This document shows positions 23,276-36,690 of a DNA stretch of 64,000 bases, in pieces; the first letter of the stretch is position 1; each line of letters starts with the position of its first letter. The stretch lies in NCBI RefSeq assembly GCF_009914755.1, contig NC_060925.1; one strand, written 5' to 3'. Both the position numbers and the translations under genes were made by a program. This stretch comes from the human T2T-CHM13v2.0 reference genome, Homo sapiens. A model generated the notes under the pieces. The model made no database searches and was not told the origin of the DNA. It saw nothing but the letters and a program-made list of their open reading frames with translations.

Positions 23276-23859
23276 ATACTAAGAAAAAGAAGAGGCCTCA
23301 AAAATATTTCCTGTACTACTTTCAAGTTCTCTTAAAAAGTCATGAAAGGGCCTGCATCACCTTCAACATGGATGCCCTGTGGAAGGAGCCATGGAAGTCT
23401 GTGTCATGGTGGCACCCGGGGCCACTGCATGGAGCAGGTGGGCAGGTTGCACTTCGCAGGAGGGGGCTCTGTTAAGGAGGTGAGTGGTAGTAAAATCCAG
23501 CCAGCACTCCGCTTGTCCAGCCTTGTGCCCTGGCAAGGAGCTGCATCTACAGTGATTCCACCAGGCACCATATAGGCTAGCACCCACCGGCATGCTTCCT
23601 AAAATGTTTAGGTTTGCTTGACCTTTAATTAGCAAATCCATTCATGGAGAATCAGATGAATTTCTGATCTTCAGCCATTGGAATTTTATGATGACTTTTC
23701 CATCCCTATACCCAGCCTGCTCTTTCCTCTACTTGAATGCCTTGCTTTCCTCTCAAACTCATTATGTCCAAATTCATACAACCATTTTTCTCAGTTGAGA
23801 GTTTGGGCTGGACACTCTACTCCCATTTTATGTTTGAAAGCCCTTTTCTTGAATCTTAT

Positions 23860-24100
23860 CAAGTAGTTGTCTTGACACTGCTTATGACATTTAGTGCCAA
23901 GAAGCTCACTACAGCCTCAGATAGCTGATGCTGCTTTGAAGCAGCTCTTCACATTCAGAAACTTCTATCTACTGAGTCCACACCCGCCTACCTGGAGCTT
24001 ATACCCACTAGTCCCTGGTTCCTGCCCTTGGGACCACATGGAACAAATCTCTATCTTCTTCACGACAGCTGTTCATTGATTTGGATAGAGGGATCGAGTT
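23860..24100 (-). mobile_element. L3/CR1 LINE fragment
   Basis: gaagctcactac...cagctct...agaaacttct...ggttcctgcccttgggaccacatggaacaaatct...gacagc resembles the antisense CR1 3' region. Confidence 0.6.
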
Positions 24101-24566
24101 ACCCTGTGTCTTACTGCTATTTTTTCCATTTCTTATATAAAAGCTTTTGCTTCTTTTCACTCTCCTGTCCACTATAGAAAATTCTTTGTGTCTAGAAATG
24201 GCACCAATAATTTATAGTTTTTTTCATTCATCGATTTACTAACTCATTCATCCAACATCTATGTGCCCTGGGATCCAAGGCTAAGAGAGATGAAGTGATT
24301 TGTCCAGGGTCTTACAGCTCTTAAGCTTTTCTCTGACCCAGATCCATGTTATTTCGCTAATACACTGCCTTTATGTAGAAGCTGTAGCCCTGGAGTCCAG
24401 GAAACTTCTGAAGTGGCAGAAGCTTTTGCAGACTCACCAACTTAATTGATTCTTTTGTTGTTGTAATTTTTAGTTTAGCTTAGTTTTTTGCCTCTGAGCT
24501 TTTTAGTAATCTATCTGTAGTATTTAGCATTCCCATCTCTTTCTCCCCTTCTCAAATCAGCAGCTT

Positions 24567-24884
24567 AGCCAGGCACAGTGGTTCATACCTGTAATCTTTG
24601 GGAGGTCACTTTGGGAGGCCAATCAAGGTGGAAGGATGGCTCAAGCCCAGGTGTTTGAGACCAGCCTGGGCAACATAGGGAGACCCTGTCTCTACAAAAA
24701 ATTAAAAAATTCACTGGGCATGGTGGTGCACACCTGTGGTCCTAACAACTGAGGAGGCTGAGGTGAGAGGTTCGCTTGAGCCTGAGAGGTCGAGGCTGCG
24801 GTGATCCATGATTGCACCACTGCACTCCAGCCTGGGCAACAGAACGAGAAGTGAAAAAAAAAAAAGGGAAAGAAAAAGAAAAAA
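24567..24884 (+). mobile_element. AluJ (Jo/Jr-like)
   Basis: Alu dimer; TSD aaatcagcagct/aaatcaacagct. Confidence 0.88.
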
Positions 24885-25343
24885 AAATCAACAGCTCCTG
24901 GTCTAACCTATTCAATATAAACTATTTTCTCACAGTTCTAGATCTCTTTTCCAGTAATGTTATAGATGGAAATCACCATTTCTAGCTACAACATAAAGCA
25001 TTAGCCCAGGAGTAGAGAAACATGAGTCTTTAAGAGAGTGAATTCAAAAAATTCTCACATATACAGGGAACAAGTGTGGTTAGACAGACGCTTCATGAGA
25101 GTAGAGACCATGTCAGGGTTTTTCATTTTGCATTGTGTGTAGCTCATATTCATAATAGCTGCTACTGCTAGCTGCTATGACTAATTGCTAATATATTGGA
25201 GCACTAATTATATGACAGGCATTTAACAATGTATGGGAGTTCCAGTTGTTCGCCTCCTCACAAATACTCGGTCTTGCCAGATTTTGTAATTACAGCCATC
25301 CCAGTGAGTGTGAAGTGGCATCTTACTGTGATTGTAATATGTC

Positions 25344-25799
<456 letters not shown>

Positions 25800-26360
25800 T
25801 GATAGTTCTTCACGTATTTTGTATGCAAGTGGTTTGTGAAACATAGTTTTGCAAATATTTTCTCATGGCTTGTGTTTTTATTTTCTTAACGGTGTCTTTT
25901 GGACAGCAAATATTTTAATTTTGAAGAAATCCAAATTATCAATGGTCTTCTTTAATAATTTGTTCATTTTTTCTTCTGTTTAAAAAATCTTGGCCTAACC
26001 CAAGGTCACTAAGATTTTCTCTCCTTTGTTTTATTCTAGAATTTTTATAGTTTTAGGTTTTCCACTTCGGTCAGTGATCAGTTTTTACTTGGACCTTGTA
26101 TGAGTTGTGAGATAAGGACCACGGGCAAGGGTGCCGCTGCTTCTTTTCCTCTTCGTCCTACTACTCCCTCCACCTCTCCCCTTGTTCCTCTTCCTTCTCC
26201 TCTTCCTCATCTCCTTCTTTTCTTTCCTCCTCCTTCTCACCTTCTTTTCCCCACTTCTTCCTCTTTCTTCTCATCTTCCTCCTCGTCATTCCCCCTTCCT
26301 TTTCTTTCTCTCTCTCTTTTCCTTTTTGCTAATGGATATATCTATGTCCCAACACCATTT

Positions 26361-26794
26361 GCTTTTTTTGTTTTTTTCACAGCATCTGGAAAAAAAATCT
26401 TTAATTTCCCTCTTTCTACAGCCCCTTGTAGCCTGGGAACAAAGACCATCAATTCTGAGATTTGTGAGGCAAATCTAGACCCTTCATTGGTTGCCTATAT
26501 TTTGGATGAGTGGAGAATTCCATCCGTCGGGGCATTTGCTGCATCACAGCAGTTGCTGAATTTTCTTTAGGCAACAGAAGAACACTGTCTACCAAAGCTG
26601 GCAGTCCCTGAATAGCCTGAGTCCAGGGGAAACAGAGATGGATCTTCTGGTCACTTGGGAGTGAACTCGGCGTGGAATCTGTAACAGTGGATATGATGTA
26701 AGTCATTGGTGGGCTGGGTGATTACAAGCTTTGCTTTCACTTGAAGGCTAAGGGGATTCAGCACCCCATGATGTTTTAGTTTACTACATATTTG
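26361..26794 (-). pseudogene. Probable processed retrocopy (polyadenylated RNA of unidentified parent)
   Basis: On the minus strand ATTAAA (26405-26400) lies 22 nt before an A-tract (26377-26363); ~430 bp of non-L1-like sequence splits contiguous L1; degenerate TSD cccaacaccattt 26348-26360 / cctgacaacattt 26795-26807. Confidence 0.65.
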
Positions 26795-27012
26795 CCTGAC
26801 AACATTTATTGAAAGATTACCCTTTCTGTATAGAATTGCCTTGGTACCTTTATCAAAAATCAATTATCATTTTTGTGTGAGTCTGTTTTTGGACTCTGTT
26901 CTGTGCCATTGGTAGATATATCTACATTTACAGCAACATCACACTGTATTACTATAGTTTTATACTTAGTCATGAAACCAGGTATTAAGTCTCTAATTTT
27001 GTTCTTCATCTT

Positions 27013-27423
27013 TGATATAGTTTGGACATTTGTCCCTGTGTAAATCTTGAGTTGAATTATAATCCCTAATGTTGGAGGTAGGACCTGGTGGGAGGCGTTC
27101 GGATCATGGGGGCTGATCTCTCAATAATGGCTTGGGCCATCCCCTTGGTGATAGGAGAGCTCTCGCTCTGAGTTCACATGAGATCTGGTCATTTAAAAGC
27201 ATATGGTACCTCCCTTCTACTCTCTCTCTCTTTCTCTCTCTCTTACTCCTGCTTTCACTATGTGAAGTGCCTGCTCCTGCTTCACCTTCCTCCATGAGTG
27301 AAAGCTCCCTGAGGCCTCTCCACAAGCAGATGCCTGTATGCTTTCTGTACTGCCTGCAGAACTGTGAGCCAGTTGAACCTCTTTTCTTATAAATTACCCA
27401 GTCTCAGGTATTGCTTTATAGCA
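27013..27423 (+). mobile_element. MST (MSTA-like) MaLR solo LTR
   Basis: tgatatagtttgg start; cctggtgggagg...ggatcatggggg; gaactgtgagcca...ttataaattacccagtctcaggtat. Confidence 0.88.
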
Positions 27424-29299
27424 TTTGTTTGGCTATCAAATTATTTGTATTTTCATATAAATTTTAAAATCAACTTTCTGCAAAAAGTCTCCTGGGATTT
27501 TGATAGATATGGTCATGATCTCTAGATCAATCAGGGGAGAATTTACATCTTAATAATATTGAGTCTTATAATCCATAGGCATGGTTTATCTCTGTTTAGA
27601 TTTTCTGAAACTTCTCTCAGCAATATTTTGAGTTATTCAGTGTACATATCTGTACACCTTTCGTAAAAGCTTTTCCAAAGCATTTCATGATTTTTAATGC
27701 TCTTAGAAATAGTATTTAAAATTTTTCAACTTACAACAATTCCTTGAAAGTATGTAAAATACAGTTAAAAGTTGTATGTTATTCTTGGTTTCTATAACCT
27801 TGCATTTTCTGCATCTGTTGAAATGATCAAATGGATCTGTAAATAAATCCCCTCTTCTTACTCTTGCTGCTAGTAATCTGACTCTTCTATTTTTTGTTTT
27901 TCCTGGTCAATCTGGTCAGAGGTTTATCAAATTTATATCTTCCCAAATAACAAGCTTGGGCTTTACTGATGTTCTCCATAATTTTTCTCCATTCTATTTC
28001 CCCGTTTTCTGTTTTAATTTTCGTAATTTCCTTCCTTTTCTGCTTGCTTTGGTTTTAGTTTTCCCTCCTTGTTCTCACGTTTTAAGATGTAAACTCAGGT
28101 CATTAATTATCCTTTCTTTATTTCTAATATATGCCTTTAATTCTACATATTTTTCTTTATCTGCATTTCATAGATTTTGGTATTTGTTTTTTCATTTTGA
28201 TTTAATTAAAAATACTTTGTAATTTCATTTCTGATTTCTTCTTTGTCCCATGGGCTATTTAGAAATGCATTGTTTAATTTGCAAATTATTGGTTGTGTTC
28301 CAGATTTCTTCCTGTTATTCATTTCTAATTTAATTATCTTGTAGTCAGAGAACATACTTTGTATGATTTTTATCTTTTTGAATTTATTGAGACTTGTCCT
28401 ATGGCACTGAATAAGATTTATCTTAATAGATGTTCTGTGGACCCATGAAAAGAATGTTTATCTGTTGTTTGGTGAAATGTTCTACAAATGCCAATGACAT
28501 CAAGTTGATTATAATGTTTTTCAGGTTATCTTAATCTTATTTTTTGTCTACCTAGTCTATCAATTATTAAGAGAGGAGTGTTGAAGTCCCAAGTATGATT
28601 CTGGAGTTGTCTATTTTTCCTTTCGCTTCTGTGAGTTTTTGCTTCATGTTCTTAGAAACTCTACTATTAGATACATATACATTTTGGTCATGTCCTCTTG
28701 ATTAATTGAACCCTTCATCATTATGAAATGACCTTTTTTATCTATGGCAAGATTTCTTGCTCTGAAGTCTATTTTGTCTGATATTAATAAATCTATAACC
28801 ACTTTATTTAGATTAGTGTTAGCATCGTATATCTTTTTTCCATGTCTTGCTTATAACCTACTGTGTCTTTACATTTAAAATGGATTTCTTGTAGGCACCA
28901 TGTAGTTGCATCTGCTTTTTTGTTCCAATTTGACAATTTTTTTAATTTAATGTGATTATGGGTCTGCTTGAGTTTAAATCTACCATTTTGCTGTCTGTTT
29001 TCTATTTGTTCCGTTTAGATTAACTGACTATTTCTTGTGATTTCATTTTCTTTTATAACCTTGGTAGCTTTTTCCCTCCTCTCGTCTTCTTCCTCCTTCT
29101 CATCTTCCCCCTTGTTCTTCTCCTTCTCTGCTTTCTACTTCCCCTTACCTATATCCTCCTTTTCTTTTTAAATAAATTGTTGCTTCATGGTCTATTGTGC
29201 ACATGCCCCGGTTAGTGGCAGAAGTTAGTCTCTCTCTCTCCTTCTGTCTCTCTTTATTTATTCTCTTTTATTCTCATATCTCTTTCCCTTTCTCCTCAC

Positions 29300-31410
29300 C
29301 ACACAGGCAACAATTACGTTTAATGCATTTTTTTGTTTGTATATGTCCTTGCAAATATGTATACCTATTTTGTGTGCATATATTTTTAATTTAGATAAAT
29401 GATGTTGTGTAATTAGTCTGACTCTGTTCTTTTCTTTTGCATCAAAGACTATACTCTTAACAATCAATTTATTTCTTCTGACTGCTATGTAACACTCAGT
29501 AGTAGTATTTCACATGTTTTACCTGTCTACTCTCTGAGTGATGATCTTTCAGGTTGCCTACAACTCCCTGACTCCAGAAATAATTCTCTTATACACGTAG
29601 ATTGGCTTTTTTAGGGAATGCATATCCCAGAGTGTAATAGCTAACTTAAAGACTATGCATATACCTAATTGGACATAGTGGTGGGGGATGGCTCCACCAC
29701 TAGAATGGCTCCACCACTCAATAATCCTGCTATATGAGAGTTTCCTATATCCTTGCAAATCTTATTGTTTATCCAGCTTTCTAATTTTTATTGGTATAAA
29801 TTACATAAGGGACATTTCTCTGGCTACTAATAATTTTGAGCAACTCTCCTAATACTTCTCCTCTTTTTGAGTTTCCTCTTTTTAAAATTACCTATGCACA
29901 AATATCCTTTGCTCACTTTTCTCATGGCTTTTCTCTTTTTCTTGTTGATTCGTAGCAGTTTTTGTATCTTTTCAATGTTAATCCCGTGCCAATTTCAGAT
30001 GTTGCGAATACCTTCTATTATTTATTTTATTTATTTATTTTCTCCATAGAGCCCTTCATTGGATAGAAATCTTCTAAAAATATAATGGAGTAATATTTAT
30101 CTTTTCCCACATTGTTTGTGCTTTTAATGTTTTTTGTGTGAAATTATTCCTCATATCTAAGTCATAAAGATAAACTTCAACGTATTCTATTAACTTTAAA
30201 TTTTTTAGATCTTCTATTAACTTTATCATTCTTCTGATAACTTTATTTTTTCTTTCACATTTGTGTTTTTAATCCATATAATATCACTTTTGTATATGAT
30301 ATTAAGTAAGAGATCCAGTTTTCCTCTTCTACATATGGTGAACTAATTTTCCAACATGACACACTTAATTTGTAGTGACTGGATTCGTCATATTCTATTG
30401 TATGTGAAGTTCTTTTATATATGTATCTGTGAGCATCCTAGCAGGACACAGAATGCAAGCTGAAGTGGGGTGACGGAGGAGAACTTAATGAAGGACTCCC
30501 AGGTTAAGGACACCAACAAGGATGGGTAGGATACTCAGTAGCAACAGTGGGGAAGTCTTATCTTCCATCCTCCAGCTCCTACCCACCAAGTGTGAACAAG
30601 CCGTTGAAGGGAGTGGCTATCAAACCCAGAAAAAGCTGTAGCTGGTGTTCTGGTCTTGGGCATATGAGTGCAACCTGGCAGGGGAGAGCTAGGGCGTAAC
30701 TACCCTCTAACTCCTTTTCTCTCCAGCCTCCCTCCGGTGACTCTCTTTGGCCAAACTCAATAGGGGATCACAGGGCAAGTAAGTATGGTTAATGCAATGC
30801 AGGGAGGCCAGTCTCTCATATGAAGCTAGAGAAGGGTGGAGAAAGGATGTGGAGGGGCAAACCTAGAGTATCCAGTGCAATATATGTGAGAGTGTGAGGA
30901 TGTGTCTCTGTGGCTCTCTGTTCTGTGACAGTGACTCTATCTGTTATTGGCCATTATTACAGTGTGTTTATTATCTTGCTTTTGTAGCATGTTGATATCT
31001 GGAAGAGTGAGGTTTTCTTCTTTTCTTTTTTCTTTATTACGATTTAACATTTTTAGGTTAACTCCATTTGAATTCCTCCGTGTACATTTTAGAGTAAGTG
31101 TATTGCATCCTCAAGAAATCAACTGATATTTTGATTGGCTTCATATTATATGTTTATATTGATTTTGGAGAAGGGGCATGTTTTTAATATTAAGTCAGCT
31201 CAATCATGCACAGGAATGTCTCTCTACTTATTCACACAATCTTCTATGCCTTATGTTAGTGTTATACTCTTCTACATAGAGATCTATTGTATTCTTGGTT
31301 ACATTAATTCCTAGATAATTGGTTAAATTAACCACTTATCTTGTATCTTGTTTTCTTGGTTAAATTAATTTCTAGATTAATTAATTCCTAGATTAATTCT
31401 TAGATTTCTA
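29300..31410 (-). mobile_element. Very old L1 (L1ME-like) fragments, split by LTR33
   Basis: T-rich, degenerate antisense L1 blocks. Confidence 0.5.
30422..30879 (-). mobile_element. LTR33-like ERVL solo LTR
   Basis: TG...CA ends; minus-strand start tgcactggatactctaggtttgcccctccac; perfect 5-bp TSD ATATA at 30417-30421 and 30880-30884. Confidence 0.75.
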
Positions 31411-34400
31411 CATTGTGGATACTATAAATCGTGCACATATTTAGTGAATGCCTTCTATGTGCAGGCCCTATGCCTGGTGCTATGGATACAGTAGTGAGCG
31501 TGACATGGTCCCTGGTTTCGTAGACCCGACACTGCAAAGACAGACATCACACATTTAAACAGACAAATATATGACCACACGTTGTGTTGAGAGCTCTGAA
31601 ACAAAGGCCCAGCTTTCGTTCCTGGCCTTCTGCCTTTTCTGTGTCATTTCTCAGTGCTCTGTGTCACTACTCTTACAAAGATCCAGGCCAGATGTCAGGA
31701 GACAGGATTTCCAGCCCCAAATCTGATTCTGTCTGGCCAGTTTGTTCATCTTTAGAATGAAGGGTTGGACTAGTCCGTCTTTTAGGGCTCTTTAGCAGCA
31801 TCCATCTTCCTCCCTCCCTCCTGCCCTGACTTTCTTCTTCCATGATTGAGTGTGAAAGAAAGAACAGTAGTACCTGGGGAAGGGAAACTGCTCTGTCTTG
31901 TTTTAAGTGCTATGGGGATACTCAGCTGTTAAAGTGCCCACCACCGTAGAACGTGCAGGTGTGGATCTTAGGAGGCTTCCATGCTAGAAGTGTACAATTC
32001 AGGGATACCACTTGAAGTCCTGATGTGAATGAGAGAACTTAGAAAGAATGTATACAGAAGAAGAGTAGGACTAAGAATAGACCCTGAGGAGCTGAGCCAT
32101 TTAAAGTAAAGTAAGAAGGGAGGAGGGTCCTTCAGAGGAAACTTGCCACAGGATCAGCATTACAGGGAAAAAAGTTTTACATCTCCTATGAAGGCACTTT
32201 GGAAGCTTAATTAATGACCATAATCAATCTTTTAGAATCCTTTTTACATCACTCTTACTCTGGAGAAAAAAAAAGCTCGTCAAATTGATGACCTTCTGTG
32301 ATTTCAAAAGTATAGCACTTATTTTTAATGAGTTTGTTTCTAAGATGTTAGAGCGAGCAACCTTATTGGTAGTTGCCTCCATTTCCCCATTTATAAAATG
32401 GCCATAATGAGACTTACTTGATGAGGTTGTGGTGAGGGTGAAACTGGATTCTGGGAAAGTAAGAAATTTCTGCAGAATTAGGAAATCCTACTGTTATTCT
32501 TTATGATAGTACCAAGGGTTAAATTTGCTTTCTGTCTTTGACCTTTTTTCCCCATTCTGTGACTAACTTTTTTGTAAACTAATGTTCATTCCATTCTCAT
32601 ATATCTCTTCTGTCCCAGTTTCTCTGGGTTCCCCACGCCCAGCAGTTGGGAGGTCAGAAAGATACCATCTGCTGATTAATAAACAGACATGTATTCCTTC
32701 CTAAGTTGATTGAATCAGGGTGTCTCTTGACCCTAATTCTGGATGTTCATACATTCCACCACATATTCACTTATCTAAGGTCACACCCAGAGGCTCTGTG
32801 GCTGGGATGAATCACATCTGAACTGACCATCCTTCCTGGAACCCATGGGCTGCAATATGTGTGAGCTCAGCTGAAGTAAACACCTTCCACGTACTGAGAA
32901 CAGGGCTGGCTCCTGGCGATCTAACATCTTACAGTCTACAGGGGCCCCTGATCAGTAAGGGCTGAGGATTGCAGATAGAATGTCTACTGAGCACCCCACG
33001 TGTTCAGTCCTAGGGTGGAGGGTGTTGATGGTGGAATAAAAACAATCAAGAGACTGGGTCCTAGCTCCTCAGGAGGAAAGAAGGTGGCTGAGGATGGTGG
33101 CAGGTTTGGAGTGAAAACTTAAGGCATGTATGGGCAGATTTTAATTTCTCTATCTAGATTAGATTTGGGGTCCAGATTTTGGGTCTAGCAGCCCACAACT
33201 CCCCAAAATGAATTATACTCTGCCTTAAACATCCAAAAATCTCTCAAGTCTCTCTGAGCTGATTGACTTCCATTGGCTCCCCTCTCACTCTGAAGCGTGT
33301 TTATTTCTCTGGGAGTTGCAGGCTCTCATGTTCTCAGGGCTTGGTGAGGGCCTGGGTCTGTACTCCTCCAAGTGGAAATGAAGAGCTACAGATTTATCTG
33401 GGCTCCATGGCCATCTTCCTTGCATTCTTTATCCCCCAGCTGGGTGTCCCAGAGACATTAATAAGGGGGGATTGTTTGCTTTTTCTTTCTTTTCTTTTTT
33501 TTTTTTTTTAACATATTGAAGAAACAGAACGAAGCACAAAGCTAAGAAGAGTCAGTCATCCCTCTGCCTCAAAGTTTATAAGGGCAAAAAATCCTGTTAT
33601 GAGGAACGGGTGAGAAGCACACCCACATTAATGAGTTTGCGTGGCACTTCCACTTAACACACAATAGTCTCAGGCCAAGAAAGTTTAAAGTGCTTCTCCA
33701 AAGTCTTGAAGAAAGTCAGTACTAGAATTGAGATTAAAATCCATGTGCTCTTCCTCTCAGCTCAAGCCTCCACCCTGTAAAGCAGGGAAGACTTAGGGCA
33801 GAGGAAGAAGGAGGCTGTGCGGCTCCGTAGGGCTGGGCACAGAGCCGGGGCAGGTCTGGACAGAGACTGGAGCTTGCGGTTATTCTCTTCAGGGCCTGCA
33901 CTTGACTCACTGGGGGCTCAGGACAGTCCCTCCTTGCTTTCTGTTTTAGTCTGTTCTCCTGGAAGTTGGGCTTTTCAGAAGTGTTACCATGAACATAACA
34001 GGGCAGATCTGGGGTGGCAATGTGGGGGCTGGGGCTGTTTTGGTATGTCTAGGCTCTCCAGGCCAGCTCCACGCTGCATGCTCAGCACTGAAAGCAGGAT
34101 CTGAAAACCAGTGGATGGTAAGTGGATATTGCTATTGTAGATGAAACTGAGGCTTGAGGGTCAGACAGATCTAAATTTAGAACCCCAATTTACTAATTCT
34201 TAGTTGTACCAACTTACATAAGCTTCTTTCTCAGACACGGTTTCCAAATTTGATTTTCACACCAACCCTTATGAAGAAGGCATATCAGAAAACTAAGAGT
34301 TAGTGAGAGTATGGCTAAGCCAACATAATACTAATAATACGAAGCTGATTTAGCTCTCATTCCATGCCAGGCATCATGTGTTAATATACACCTAAACTTA

Positions 34401-36010
34401 TACCAGCTCTGTGAGGGAAATGCCATGCTTGTCCCATTTTATAGATAAGGAAACCAAGGTCTAAAAAGAGTAAGCCCTTTTTTGGTACCATGTATGTCCC
34501 TTAAGTGTTTCCTGAGGCAGGCAGAGAAATCCTTCCCACTTTACAGATGAGAAGCTGAGACATAAAGAGGAAGATAAACAATGGGCTCAGGGTCACCCAA
34601 TAAGGAGTCAGTAGTGGAGCTGGCTCTGAGTCCAGATCTCCTGGCTCACAGCTCAGGGTTCTGTCACTGCCTATACTTGCCGGGCCCAGCCAAGCCCAAG
34701 GAGGGCATCCTGCCCTGGGGTGGTGCTCTCCTAGACCAGCCTCACCCCTCTTGCCAGAGAATCACGGCTCCATCCCCTGCCAAACAGCCTTGTTGCCCAA
34801 CTTGAGGGTAGGAGCCAAGCCTGGCAGTCTTTGGTGGGCATCCAAGTCAAGTTGCTGTTTCCTGGGCTGAGTTTAGCATGTAGCATGGCTTCATCATCCA
34901 AATATGTCCTGCCAGACAGGCCTCAGCTGCTGGCCAGCGGGGCATTTGGCAGCCCAAGAGAGCTTGACGCTAATTGGGCCCAGCCGACATAAATCATGTC
35001 TCTCATTAAGAGGAAGTCCAGCCATTCTCTGGAAGGGGCAAGAGGTGGGGAAGGGGAAGAGCCTCCCACTGAAGGATTGAGTTCCGCCAGGGCCCAGTGA
35101 CCTTATGTAATTGTGCAAATCACTCTGGCCCTCTCTGTCCATCTGAAGAGTGAGGAGGCTACACCCAGTGATCTCTGGTGGTTCATGCCAAACTAGAGGG
35201 CTGTCCTGTGACTTTTGTGTGTGGGTAATGTTGTCTTTCCTTTCTGCTTGGAGCACCACTGGGGCAGGTCTCATATTCTGTGATGGAGTGGGCTAAGAAT
35301 CACCTGACTTGGGCGAGGTTAGAGAAAGTCCTTTCCATGAACAAAAGAACTCCCCAAGGGCAGCTTTGATATCTAGAACTTTTGTAGCAGAAGGCTTGGA
35401 TTCACCTTGAAACAGAGTAAAGAGCTCCAGGAGGGGAGTGCTTCTAAACTAAGCTGGGTCACTTGTTGACAGATGGGTAGGGGGGAGTTTGAGAGGGTCT
35501 GTTTTGTCCTAACGGAAAATTTGAGCTGTCAGTGATGGTCAGCTGTGCTCAGATGAAACTGGAAAATGCTGGGTCAGTTTGAAGACAAATGATATCAATC
35601 TTACAACTCTGGCTTTCCTAAGCATGCGTCAACTTAAGCACCCATGCATTTATTAATACATTCACTCGTGCACTCACCATAGTAGGCACTAGCTACATTC
35701 CAAGTACTATTCTAGGCACTGAGAATATCAATGAATCTGACTCAATCATTGTTTTATTCAGAGCCATGGTCTACTGAGAAGAACAAGCACTTGAAAAATT
35801 GATTCTAAAATGTGTGATAAATCCTGTACCAATGAAATGTGCAGATTCTCTGAGTGGAGGAAGAAATTAGGGACTCTGACTTAGGTGGGGTGAAGGAGAC
35901 AGGCAGGCTTCCCAGAGAAGGTGGCATCTCAGCAGTGCTTTGGAGAATAAGTTGAGAATACTGAAGAGGACAGTTAGAGCAGAGGAAAGGGCATGAGCAA
36001 AAGTTGAACA

Positions 36011-36336
36011 AGTTTATGTCCTTTGTAGGGGCATGGATGAAGCTGGAAGTCACCATTCTCAGCAAACTATCGCAAGGACAAAAAACCAAACACCACATGT
36101 TCTCACTCACAGGTGGGAATTGAACAATGAGAACACTTGGACACAGGAAGGGGAACATCACACACCGGGGCCTGTCATGGGGTCGGGGGAGGGGGGAGGG
36201 ATAGCATTAGGAGATATACCTAATGTAAATGACGAGTTAATGGGTGCAGCACACCAACATGACACAGGTATACATATGTAACAAACCTGCACATGGTGCA
36301 CATGTACCCTAGAACTTAAAGTATATAAAAAAAAAA
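36011..36336 (+). mobile_element. 5'-truncated L1PA (PA4/PA5-like) inserted in L2
   Basis: End of ORF2, 3' UTR G-tract and poly(A); perfect 15-bp TSD aaaagttgaacaagt at 35999-36013 and 36333-36347. Confidence 0.93.
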
Positions 36337-36513
36337 GTTGAACAAGTCTAAAAGGATGCTATGGTCAGAGAACAGCAAGTAGTTTCATGTAGCATGAGGG
36401 AGGCTGCGTGAACAGCATTAGGGGGGCGCAGGGTGCAGGTGATGGAACAAAGGCCAGAGCTGAAGCTGGGGCTTGGCTGATCCAAAGATGTCCCACCTGG
36501 GAGGGGCTTTGTT

Positions 36514-36690
36514 CCAGTGATTTTCTACAGTTCCCAATCCTGTCTGTGCATCAGTATTACCTAGAAAGCATTTATAAAATGCAAATAGTCAGTCTTCATT
36601 CCTGAGATCCTGATTTAGCTGGTCTGGTGGGGTTCAGGAATCTGCATTTTTAAACAAGCTCTCCCAGGTAATTCTGAGGCAGCTAGCCAA
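36514..36690. mobile_element. MER5-like hAT-Charlie element
   Basis: caggaatctgcatttttaaacaagctctcccaggtaattctga. Confidence 0.65.
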
